A stretch of 64,000 nucleotides of DNA, taken from NCBI GenBank assembly GCA_964057225.1, contig OZ059896.1, positions 12,834,001 through 12,898,000 of the forward strand, in the 5' to 3' direction. A program made the position numbers and the translations under genes. Position 1 is the first letter of the stretch; every line of letters starts with the position of its first letter. Shown one piece after another: positions 10,621 to 22,542 of the stretch. Below the pieces are notes generated by a model. It was not told the DNA's origin, ran no database searches, and was given only the letters and a program-made list of their open reading frames with translations. This DNA comes from Auanema rhodensis (Eukaryota; Animalia; Nematoda).

Positions 10621-13600
10621 GCCTTTAAACATTGACCCAAGTCACAAAGACCCAATCATTACCCCATCCTCACCCGTTGCTGGAAATATCACAAGCACCC
10701 CTGGACACAATACCCCATTATGACCCTATCATGTACACCCCTATTTTGTTTAGAACGAACACAATTTAAGTAACCGGTATCATTTCCTTTATCCCCTGCA
10801 TCCTTTGATTATTTACATATATTCAACAAAGGGTTAGCATAAATCATTAATTTTTCTTTATTCGTGTTTTAGGTTCACTTTTGATGAGATTCTTCCAAGC
10901 ATTCCATATCATGAAGTATTCCAAAAAGGTACAACAATTACTTACATTGTTCAGAAAGATGCTTTCAAGCATATTTTGGATATAACGCAAGATTGGTACA
11001 GTTCCTGGTCAGGATGCGGTTGTATGTTTTCAAAAGTTTTATTAAAACTAAATTCCTTGTTAAAGATAATGAGAAAAAAATGCTAGTCTCTAACAAAACT
11101 AAAACTAATCCCAAAAATCTTATTTTTGACGACAATTCCCAAACGTATATAGCCGTTGATTTCGAAAATGATGTGAAACTGAAAATTTTCAAAAACCAAC
11201 ACCCGAAAAATTGTTTTCTGAGACGAGAAGTAGATAATACTGCATTTAAAAAAAATTTTTTATTTTTAGATTGCTTACATCGCGAATAAGAACGTTGTAT
11301 TGACTCCCATCATTTTTTCGTATACTGCAACGGTATTTTGTTATAAATAGTTTTTTTTTAATTATTTAAAGCCTATGAAGAATGACGTTTTTGTACATTG
11401 GGCTAATTGTGAAAAGCGAATTTTGCCGTCTTTATCCATCGATGTAAAATCAGCAATGGAATATCGCACTACTGCTGAGACAAAAAGATCTATTTCTGCT
11501 TTTCATGAATCTCCAATAAGTACGAAACAAGCACGTATATTTGTTTTTTTTCAGTTTCACTTATATTATTTTAGATAAACAGTTTATCACGCAATGTGAA
11601 AAACCATGTTAAGTCCAGATGTGGAAGACGAGAATTAACAGATTCATCGAAATTAATGGATCGCTTTATTAATCATAACTCCCATTTAGAAGATATGCTC
11701 CCCATTAACATGAATCGGCCTGAGAATGGAGGTTAAAAATTACAGAACTTTTAGATATGAATAAGATATGGTCAGACATTGATATGAAATTTATAATTGG
11801 ATACCCTGTTGCGATGAAATGTTTCTTGAAAGATCTACCTACTAACTGCGAGTTAAATGAGCATAGAGAAATGGTTGAGCGTTTCATGACAATGGAAGAA
11901 TCAGATGCTGATACTATTTTCAGTTAGTTATTGTTCATTACATAAGCATATTCAACACTTAGACAAGCACTTGCAATGGGTAAACAAATCAGGTTCATTG
12001 CCTGTAATTGGTTCAAGTTTGTTAATTGATACTACTTTTGATTTGAGTGATATGTATCTTACTATTGCATTGGGATTGAGTGAAACATTCTTGTGAGTAT
12101 TATTTTTAATATTATATATAGCATACTTTGTAGAACCAAATCTTCTGGAAAAAATTGTGGCATTATATTAGCTGTGTTGTTTCATACAAAGAAGAATAAA
12201 GAAGCGCATGAATATTTTGCTCAATATTTAAATTTGAAACTCTACTCTTTTTCGACTGAGAAACGCATTGGCACTATTCTTACAGATGGTGAAGAAGCTC
12301 TTTCTGTGTACAAATCGGTAATTGATTCTATCAAGACTATTTTAAAGTTGCTCCAGGGACTAGTCATGAAAGATGCACTACATATCCGCTGCGATATGCA
12401 TCGTTTACAAAACGTTAAAGAAATTGTTGGTCCTGGAGAGCAGTTCGATAAAATTAAAAATGTGCTGTATGGGTATAAAGAAAAAGTTGCTTCCGAAAAG
12501 TTGCTTTTATTATTGAACAAGTTTTTCAGACATCAGAAGAACTGATATTACTGAAAGGTATCCTTGGAAGTCTAAATTGGAACTCGTATGAACGGCGTTG
12601 GAATAACTTCAGAGATGGTTGCGAAGGACGTCTACGAGATTGGTGATACTGGAGTCATGTTCAAATTAAACTTATCAAATTTAGGCTTGACAACGAACTT
12701 ATTAGAAAGTAGAAACAACTATTTGAAAAACCACATAACTAGTTCACTACCTGCAGACCGTGTCGCTGATATTTTATTACATCTACACAAAGGTAGGTGT
12801 TCGATAATATTGGAAAGTCATTCCTAATTATAGAGGAGGTGAAAAATCGCATCAAAGTAATCCGGAATATTTCTGATACAATCACCACTCATAACGTTAT
12901 CAATTACTACCAATGGAAAGCGATGAGCAAAATGGAGAAAAACCATATTTTAAAAAATTTTGGATTAGAAGACTACTTCAACATAGGCAAATACATTGAA
13001 TACCCTTCATGGATTCTCAAAGGTTAGAATCATTTAGAAATTTGAACATGGTATAGTTTTCAAGCCGATGGCAAAACTACGGAGGATGCTTTTCTGTCTT
13101 CTATTGAAAAACTTGTTGTTCACAACACTGACAATAATGCAAAAATCTCATTTGTCATAGAGGATGATAATTTCACAAAGTCGGTGGTGAATTAACATTG
13201 TAATTTCAGTTTGTTAATTACATTTAGTGTTGCTGCCGTTATACTTAAAGAAAATCAGCTTCGTTGTTACTCAATTGAATGTATGAAAAATATCAATTAT
13301 TCTTATTTTTTTCGCAAACATATGTATTCAAGCATAACTTAAGATATGTAATATTCTTTTTCTTATTAGGTTTGTTGTTATGGAACGTGTTGCACGTTTT
13401 TTACTCCTACCCAGATTGATAAGTGCAAAATTAGATATCATCATATGACCTCGGACATTAAGAAACAGAGTTTTGGGCAGTGAAACTGATGTTAACGAGA
13501 TAACAACTTTTCCGCACTTTAAACAGTTTATCACGCAATGTGAAAAACCATGTTAAGTCCAGATGTGGAAGACGAGAATTAACAGATTCATCGAAATTAA

Positions 13601-16600
13601 TGGATCGCTTTATTAATCATAACTCCCATTTAGAAGATATGCTCCCCATTAACATGAATCGGCCTGAGAATGGAGGTTAAAAATTACAGAACTTTTAGAT
13701 ATGAATAAGATATGGTCAGACATTGATATGAAATTTATAATTGGATACCCTGTTGCGATGAAATGTTTCTTGAAAGATCTACCTACTAACTGCGAGTTAA
13801 ATGAGCATAGAGAAATGGTTGAGCGTTTCATGACAATGGAAGAATCAGATGCTGATACTATTTTCAGTTAGTTATTGTTCATTACATAAGCATATTCAAC
13901 ACTTAGACAAGCACTTGCAATGGGTAAACAAATCAGGTTCATTGCCTGTAATTGGTTCAAGTTTGTTAATTGATACTACTTTTGATTTGAGTGATATGTA
14001 TCTTACTATTGCATTGGGATTAAGTGAAACATTCTTGTGAGTATTATTTTTAATATTATATATAGCATACTTTGTAGAACCAAATCTTCTGGAAAAAATT
14101 GTGGCATTATATTAGCTGTGTTGTTTCATACAAAGAAGAATAAAGAAGCGCATGAATATTTTGCTCAATATTTAAATTTGAAACTCTACTCTTTTTCGAC
14201 TGAGAAACGCATTGGCACTATTCTTACAGATGGTGAAGAAGCTCTTTCTGTGTACAAATCGGTAATTGATTCTATCAAGACTATTTTAAAGTTGCTCCAG
14301 GGACTAGTCATGAAAGATGCACTACATATCCGCTGCGATATGCATCGTTTACAAAACGTTAAAGAAATTGTTGGTCCTGGAGAGCAGTTCGATAAAATTA
14401 AAAATGTGCTGTATGGGTATAAAGAAAAAGTTGCTTCCGAAAAGTTGCTTTTATTATTGAACAAGTTTTTCAGACATCAGAAGAACTGATATTACTGAAA
14501 GGTATCCTTGGAAGTCTAAATTGGAACTCGTATGAACGGCGTTGGAATAACTTCAGAGATGGTTGCGAAGGACGTCTACGAGATTGGTGATACTGGAGTC
14601 ATGTTCAAATTAAACTTATCAAATTTAGGCTTGACAACGAACTTATTAGAAAGTAGAAACAACTATTTGAAAAACCACATAACTAGTTCACTACCTGCAG
14701 ACCGTGTCGCTGATATTTTATTACATCTACACAAAGGTAGGTGTTCGATAATATTGGAAAGTCATTCCTAATTATAGAGGAGGTGAAAAATCGCATCAAA
14801 GTAATCCGGAATATTTCTGATACAATCACCACTCATAACGTTATCAATTACTACCAATGGAAAGCGATGAGCAAAATGGAGAAAAACCATATTTTAAAAA
14901 ATTTTGGATTAGAAGACTACTTCAACATAGGCAAATACATTGAATACCCTTCATGGATTCTCAAAGGTTAGAATCATTTAGAAATTTGAACATGGTATAG
15001 TTTTCAAGCCAATGGCAAAACTACGGAGGATGCTTTTCTGTCTTCTATTGAAAAACTTGTTGTTCACAACACTGACAATAATGCAAAAATCTCATTTGTC
15101 ATAGAGGATGATAATTTCACAAAGTCGGTGGTGAATTAACATTGTAATTTCAGTTTGTTAATTACATTTAGTGTTGCTGCCGTTATACTTAAAGAAAATC
15201 AGCTTCGTTGTTACTCAATTGAATGTATGAAAAATATCAATTATTCTTATTTTTTTCGCAAACATATGTATTCAAGCATAACTTAAGATATGTAATATTC
15301 TTTTTCTTATTAGGTTTGTTGTTATGGAACGTGTTGCACGTTTTTTACTCCTACCCAGATTGATAAGTGCAAAATTAGATATCATCATATGACCTCGGAC
15401 ATTAAGAAACAGAGTTTTGGGCAGTGAAACTGATGTTAACGAGATAACAACTTTTCCGCACTTTAAACAGTTTATCACGCAATGTGAAAAACCATGTTAA
15501 GTCCAGATGTGGAAGACGAGAATTAACAGATTCATCGAAATTAATGGATCGCTTTATTAATCATAACTCCCATTTAGAAGATATGCTCCCCATTAACATG
15601 AATCGGCCTGAGAATGGAGGTTAAAAATTACAGAACTTTTAGATATGAATAAGATATGGTCAGACATTGATATGAAATTTATAATTGGATACCCTGTTGC
15701 GATGAAATGTTTCTTGAAAGATCTACCTACTAACTGCGAGTTAAATGAGCATAGAGAAATGGTTGAGCGTTTCATGACAATGGAAGAATCAGATGCTGAT
15801 ACTATTTTCAGTTAGTTATTGTTCATTACATAAGCATATTCAACACTTAGACAAGCACTTGCAATGGGTAAACAAATCAGGTTCATTGCCTGTAATTGGT
15901 TCAAGTTTGTTAATTGATACTACTTTTGATTTGAGTGATATGTATCTTACTATTGCATTGGGATTAAGTGAAACATTCTTGTGAGTATTATTTTTAATAT
16001 TATATATAGCATACTTTGTAGAACCAAATCTTCTGGAAAAAATTGTGGCATTATATTAGCTGTGTTGTTTCATACAAAGAAGAATAAAGAAGCGCATGAA
16101 TATTTTGCTCAATATTTAAATTTGAAACTCTACTCTTTTTCGACTGAGAAACGCATTGGCACTATTCTTACAGATGGTGAAGAAGCTCTTTCTGTGTACA
16201 AATCGGTAATTGATTCTATCAAGACTATTTTAAAGTTGCTCCAGGGACTAGTCATGAAAGATGCACTACATATCCGCTGCGATATGCATCGTTTACAAAA
16301 CGTTAAAGAAATTGTTGGTCCTGGAGAGCAGTTCGATAAAATTAAAAATGTGCTGTATGGGTATAAAGAAAAAGTTGCTTCCGAAAAGTTGCTTTTATTA
16401 TTGAACAAGTTTTTCAGACATCAGAAGAACTGATATTACTGAAAGGTATCCTTGGAAGTCTAAATTGGAACTCGTATGAACGGCGTTGGAATAACTTCAG
16501 AGATGGTTGCGAAGGACGTCTACGAGATTGGTGATACTGGAGTCATGTTCAAATTAAACTTATCAAATTTAGGCTTGACAACGAACTTATTAGAAAGTAG

Positions 16601-17280
16601 AAACAACTATTTGAAAAACCACATAACTAGTTCACTACCTGCAGACCGTGTCGCTGATATTTTATTACATCTACACAAAGGTAGGTGTTCGATAATATTG
16701 GAAAGTCATTCCTAATTATAGAGGAGGTGAAAAATCGCATCAAAGTAATCCGGAATATTTCTGATACAATCACCACTCATAACGTTATCAATTACTACCA
16801 ATGGAAAGCGATGAGCAAAATGGAGAAAAACCATATTTTAAAAAATTTTGGATTAGAAGACTACTTCAACATAGGCAAATACATTGAATACCCTTCATGG
16901 ATTCTCAAAGGTTAGAATCATTTAGAAATTTGAACATGGTATAGTTTTCAAGCCGATGGCAAAACTACGGAGGATGCTTTTCTGTCTTCTATTGAAAAAC
17001 TTGTTGTTCACAACACTGACAATAATGCAAAAATCTCATTTGTCATAGAGGATGATAATTTCACAAAGTCGGTGGTGAATTAACATTGTAATTTCAGTTT
17101 GTTAATTACATTTAGTGTTGCTGCCGTTATACTTAAAGAAAATCAGCTTCGTTGTTACTCAATTGAATGTATGAAAAATATCAATTATTCTTATTTTTTT
17201 CGCAAACATATGTATTCAAGCCTAACTTAAGATATGTAATATTCTTTTTCTTATTAGGTTTGTTGTTATGGAACGTGTTG
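10621..17280 (+). mobile_element. Dada-like (MULE-related) DDE DNA transposon inserted in the tRNA-Gln A box; 3'-truncated, internally triplicated
   Basis: Starts exactly after tRNA nt 10; subterminal ACCC repeats; intron-containing transposase motifs. Confidence 0.72.
10873..13392 (+). pseudogene. spliced DDE transposase, Dada-like (exons repeated at +1944 and +3888)
   Basis: IDTTFDL (12028), AVLFHTKK, LTDGEEAL (12285), HIRCDMH (CxxH, about 12390), TTNLLESRNNYLK (about 12690), and a degenerate C-terminal C-x3-C..RKH finger (about 13265-13320); short GT..TTTAG introns. Confidence 0.8.
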
Positions 17281-17408
17281 CACGTTTTTTACTCCTACCC
17301 AGATTGATAAGTGCAAAATTAGATATCATCATATGACCTCGGACATTAAGAAACAGAGTTTTGGGCAGTGAAACTGATGTTAACGAGATAACAACTTTTC
17401 CGCACTTT
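11576..17408 (+). repeat. near-perfect tandem triplication, 3 x 1944 bp
   Basis: Identical ORF sets at 12093, 14037 and 15981; I saw only three substitutions among the copies. Confidence 0.97.
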
Positions 17409-17906
17409 TTTTGCTCTAAATATATATGTTCTTCTACTTTCTTTGTTAAGTGGGTACAACTGAACACTCTACTTGCTTTTTCGAGAGAAACGTTTACAGA
17501 TATATCGATTAACAATCTGATCACAAGAAATTACATTTTGAATTATACATTAATGAAAATTTAGAAAAATCAAAGTAGAGAATATAATGAGATAAGACAG
17601 AAATGTCTCTAGAGCAATCAATCTGGGTAGGAGTAAAAAACGTGTTATGTCAGCCTCATTTTCTAAACGTGGCTTGTTTGGGCATCGGTTACTGGAATAG
17701 CTCGCACATGTGCAGCATGTGCTTGCCGATTTGACAGTGAAAAAATAAATATACCGAAAAAAACTAAAAGAAACAATAAACTAGTATAAGGTTTTCTTCT
17801 GCTTGCTAGTGTAGTAAATATTCATCTTCGAAGACTCAAAGTTCCAGACAAAAACTAAAGAGAATCTGTGAAACATATATCGGCCAAAACAAAATACAAA
17901 AGTTGA

Positions 17907-18248
17907 AGGTTCCGCCGAGATTTGAACTCGGGTTTTTGAAGATAGAGGGCTCTTCAAATAGCCTCCCAGGTTCACACTTTCTATTCTATGCCCTGTTTAC
18001 ATAAAAGACTATTATAAAAAGAAAGATTCATTAAGATAACATACATATACTACATCATACGCTACAAAGACTGGAATAATTATAAGAAGACTAGATAGAC
18101 ATTGCCAAGTAAACTAAAGATGGTTATACGAAAGGGCAAGTAGGAAAACGGTGGTTCAGACTAGATGAGTCATACGATATTCCGCCGAGATTTGAACTTG
18201 GGTCGCAGGATTCAGAGTCCTGAGTGCTAACCACTACACCACGGAACC
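17907..18248 (-). pseudogene. tRNA-Gln(CTG) copy disrupted at its 3' end by an insertion
   Basis: 18180-18248 holds tRNA nt 1-69 (lacking the final CCT); 17907-17933 holds the duplicated 3' end, followed by the normal downstream flank. Confidence 0.9.
17934..18179. mobile_element. 246-bp insertion flanked by a 24-bp direct duplication of the tRNA T-arm; origin unknown, LTR-like composition
   Basis: TTCCGCCGAGATTTGAACT(C/T)GGGT at 17910-17933 and 18180-18203; absent from the intact unit. Confidence 0.7.
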
Positions 18249-18310
18249 ACTGTAATCTGTCACAAGAGAATTGTCATATATGAGATTCAATCATCCCTCA
18301 ACGCACCCAT

Positions 18311-20072
18311 GTGGACTACCCAGCAACTTGGTTGGAATTATACCAAGGTAGCTATAAAAGGATGTTGGTCAAATACCCTCAAGCCCATAAGACCATGAAA
18401 GCTCATGAAATCGACCAACTTGTCACCAAAGACATTGGCGAAGAACATCCGCCCACAGTTGCAAAACTGATCAAGGGCATTTTGGACTATTGCGATGAGA
18501 GAGATCTCATGGTGAACACAGGCGAAGTTGAGGAATATACTCAACTTATCCAACTTCGCCGAGATGATCTCGATGACTATCAGAGTTTATTTGACTCTAC
18601 AGAACATGACTCAACAACATTGAAAAATCACATGAACAGAATGAAATACTCCAGAAAAAACTTAGAGATGAGTTTCTTTTCTGGAATACAAAAACATTTG
18701 AACATCACACCAGATAGAGCACGACGACACAGAACACAAAGTACAAGTTCTGATGAAATCGGTTCCACACAAAGACAACTTGCTCAAAAACGAGTGTACA
18801 CTATTCGAGCAAACAATAGTGACGTTATGATCGCATCTCCTCAGCACGATATTTCAATGCTTGAACCAAACAGTACCTCCACTCTTTTGAACGATGACCT
18901 AATGCCGATATCAGAAAATGATCTTGTTCATTCTTTTAACAATCTGAGTACTGGTTCTAATAGCTTGGAAAGATCTAGAGCGGATGCTGACAATGTTGGA
19001 GCCCCACTTGGAGCAGCTAATAAGCGGAAAGCTCTCTCACCATTCAGACACGCGCACTACTATTCTTGACCAATTACAGTCGAACAACATACAAACAATG
19101 CTCCCCATCATTGGTCAACTATGCAACAGAACATAGCACGACAATCTTTGATCCCACCTACTGTACAAACATCAATACTCACGCCTCGTCTTCCAACAGT
19201 TAAAATACCACATTTCAACGGTAATCCAGAAGACTTTCTTGGATTTTGGGAGTTGTTCACAGCAGTTGTTGATGTTTAACCCTTGTCAGAGATTGAAAAG
19301 TTTTCCATTTTGCTCGACAAACTTTCTGGTCAAGCGGAAGAATGTTTACTGTCTCTTCGATACTACATACGATCCGCAAAGCTGATCAAGCTGAGCCCCA
19401 AAAGCATTGCAACTTGAAGAAGCCGATAAAAACGCAATGAGTCAGAGAAATAGCAACACTGTTCATATTGCAGCTGGACAACTACACACTAGTCGGCGAG
19501 AACAGGTCAATAACCAGAAGTGCAATCTCTGTCTTGGCAATCATTCTCCCACCAAATGTTATTCTATTCAATCGGTAGAAGAGAAGAAGAAGATAGCTGT
19601 ATCCAAACAGCTATGCTTCAATTGTTTTTCAAAGACACACTCAGCCATTGGATGTCACGCACCGAATTGTCACCGCTGTGACAAAACACATCATGAGTCT
19701 CTGTGTCAACGCGATTCTCGCTCCCGGAGTAATAGTAGGACTAGAACTCACTCGAAGGATAGGATGAATCGGCATCCACCACAAACGTACAAAGGTTTTG
19801 AGGCTAATACAAGAAGATCACCTCATCGGAACAACGAAAACAACAGAGAAAACCGCAGTGCGTCTATAAAACAATATAGAGCTCACTCCTCACGCCAACA
19901 TATCTTGACTGCTACTGCACTCACTAACCCTTACGACCACATTTCAAATACACCAGGACCAGTCAATGACAAGGCCTTTGAATTCAGAAGAAACCACGTT
20001 GGAGTAGTCAGTGTGACAGTATTTGATTGCCACGGTAACCCACATCATGTATACGCCTTGTTGGATTTGTGA
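18311..20072 (+). pseudogene. gag: BEL 2 gag and start of protease
   Basis: Coiled-coil N-terminus, DUF1759-type motif at about 19190-19350, CNLCLGNHSPTKC / CFNCFSKTHSAIGC / CHRCDKTHHESLC. Confidence 0.85.
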
Positions 20073-21063
20073 TCACAACTAGCCACCGTACGTAGAGAGT
20101 TGATCAACCGCTTGTACGCATGAGAATGGAAACCGCGGGAGAACAATCTTTTCTTGAAGACACTCAAGCTATTATGATCGATCTCTACAATAACGATGGA
20201 GCGTGCATATCTGCCCCATGCATTATAATGGATAAGGTTTTCTTTCAGCCATTTAACCGCAACACTGTTCATATTGCAGCTGGACAACTACACACTAGTC
20301 GGCGAGAACAGGTCAATAACCAGAAGTGCAATCTCTGTCTTGGCAATCATTCTCCCACCAAATGTTATTCTATTCAATCGGTAGAAGAGAAGAAGAAGAT
20401 AGCTGTATCCAAACAGCTATGCTTCAAATGTTTTTCAATGACACACTCAGCCATTGGATGTCACGCACCGAATTGTCACCGCTGTGACAAAACACATCAT
20501 GAGTCTCTGTGTCAACGCGATTCTCGCTTCCGGAGTAATAGTAGGACTAGAACTCACTCGAAGGATAGGATGAATCGGCATCCACCACAAACGTACAAAG
20601 GTTTTGAGGCTAATACAAGAAGATCACCTCATCGGAACAACGAAAACAACAGAGAAAACCGCAGTGCGTCTATAAAACAATACAGAGCTCACTCCTCACG
20701 CCAACATATCTTGACTGCTACTGCACTCACTAACCCTTACGACCACATTTCAAATACACCAGGACCAGTCAATGACAAGGCCTTTGAATTCAGAAGAAAC
20801 CACGTTGGAGTAGTCAGTGTGACAGTATTTGATTGCCACGGTAACCCACACCATGTATACGCCTTGTTGGATTTGTGATCACAACTAGCCACCGTACGTA
20901 GAGAGTTGATCAACCGCTTGTACGCATGAGAATGGAAACCGCGGGAGAACAATCTTTTCTTAAAGACACTCAAGCTATTATGATCGATCTCTACAATAAC
21001 GATGGAGCGTGCATATCTGCCCCATGCATTATAATGGATAAGGTTCTTTCAGCCATTTAACCG
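19453..21063 (+). repeat. 806-bp tandem duplication inside BEL 2
   Basis: 19453-20258 repeated at 20259-21063; both copies share the TGA next to the protease catalytic motif. Confidence 0.95.
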
Positions 21064-22542
21064 TTAAGACTGACAAATGCTGATCAGCGTTTTATACGCC
21101 AAAACATTGGCTACTTATCACGCAAATTGAATGATCCTATAGAGGTTGATATCATCTTGGGCATTGCTGAGGTCCATGCGAGTACCATCTATGATGAACC
21201 AATTATGCAATTGCCAAGCTGCAATCTAGTCGCTCATCCCACTTTTTTTGGATATACACTATCGGGAAGGTATGACTTAGATACCAACAACCCCACATAC
21301 GCGGATAGTGTAATCGCATGCACAACAAAAATACATGACGATGTTGACAAAAATGTGGAATCCATGGAATCTATTGGGATTCGAGACAACATATCAATCG
21401 AAGAAGAAGAACAAGGGGTACTGAGCCAGTTCAATGAACAAGTAAAAAAGACATGTGAAGGCGTACACGTATCCTTTCTGTGGAAAGAAAACAAACATGC
21501 ACTGGCCGATAACTACAGTATCGCATTAGCAAGACTGCGACAACAATTCAATCACGCAAAGAGCAATCCCGAGAATACAATGAAATTTTTTAACAACAAT
21601 TGGAGAGTAATATCATTGAAGACGCACCAATTCACCCTGATAGCTCCCCAACTTATTATATACCGCATCAAGCGGTAGTTAAGTTGTCGAGTAACACTAC
21701 CGAAGTACGTATAGTACTTGATGCATCCTCTCATCGATGAGGAAAATTATCATTGAATGATGTTATACATCAGGGTCCCACAATTTTACTAAATCTATCA
21801 GGTCTATTGTTACGGTTTCAGGTTTGGAAAATACATAATCATCAGTGACGTTGAGAAGGCCTTTCACTTGGTACATCATAATAACACCGAAAAATACGCC
21901 ACTCGATTTCTTTGGCTTCACGATCTTTCGCTACCACCTGAACAAGATAATATACGGGTGTTGCGATTTAACAGAGTACCATTCGGAGTCAATGCTTCTC
22001 CATTCCTCCTAGCTGGCGCAATTCAATTTGGGCTGAAATCCCATTCAGACACACAACTTACGTTGTATCATAGATAATCTTTATGTAGACAATCTCATTC
22101 TCACCTTTGATGAGACCTCACAAGGAGTAATATTATACAGAAAGTGTAAGTCTGCGTTCAACGATATGAAGATGAACTTGAGAGAATTTTGTACTATGAC
22201 ACGAACACTATGAAATGCATTCCAAAACAGGACAAAGCAGAGAACGTACTGCAAAAAGTTTTGGGAGTTTATTGGGACTCACACCAAGACACATTTAGTC
22301 TTGCACTTCAAATGGATTATACAGGTAACAGTATAACCAAGCGACTTGTACTCAGTAGAGCACACAAAACATTTGATCCAGTAGGATGGTTGAGTCCTTT
22401 AATCTTATTATCAAGACACTTCTTACAAAAACTGTGGGCACTCCGTTACGGGATGAACCAATCTCTCCCGACCTTCAACGTGAATGGAAACAGATATGCA
22501 GTTCGGTTCATGAATACCGATACCACGTACCTCGAAACATGT
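20800..22542 (+). pseudogene. pol: BEL 2 pol (protease-RT), fragmented
   Basis: DIILG, TFFGYTLSG, YYIPHQAV, RVPFG, YVDN, KVLGVYW motifs spread across frames. Confidence 0.85.

Larger units (their letters stand above)
17309..18298 (-). repeat. inverted, diverged copy of the tRNA-Gln repeat unit
   Basis: Reverse complement of about 9709-10400 with scattered substitutions and small indels. Confidence 0.92.
18299..22542 (+). mobile_element. BEL/Pao retrotransposon 2, decayed and truncated at both ends
   Basis: gag LPTVKIPHFNGNPEDFLGFWELF, three knuckles, protease ALLDL*SQ, RT RIVLDAS / DVEKAFH / RVPFGVNASPF / LYVDN, FDPVG; many stops and frameshifts. Confidence 0.92.

Noticed and set aside
17935-17958. 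Helitron 3' hairpin
   Set aside because: No CTRR end or A/T insertion site, and Helitrons do not make a 24-bp duplication.
20120-20878. Separate 252-aa zinc-knuckle gene
   Set aside because: A chimera produced by the 806-bp duplication inside a dead BEL gag/protease.
22423-22542. C-terminal 39 aa of the 338-aa ORF as real capsid sequence
   Set aside because: It is antisense BEL 2 pol read through a deletion junction.
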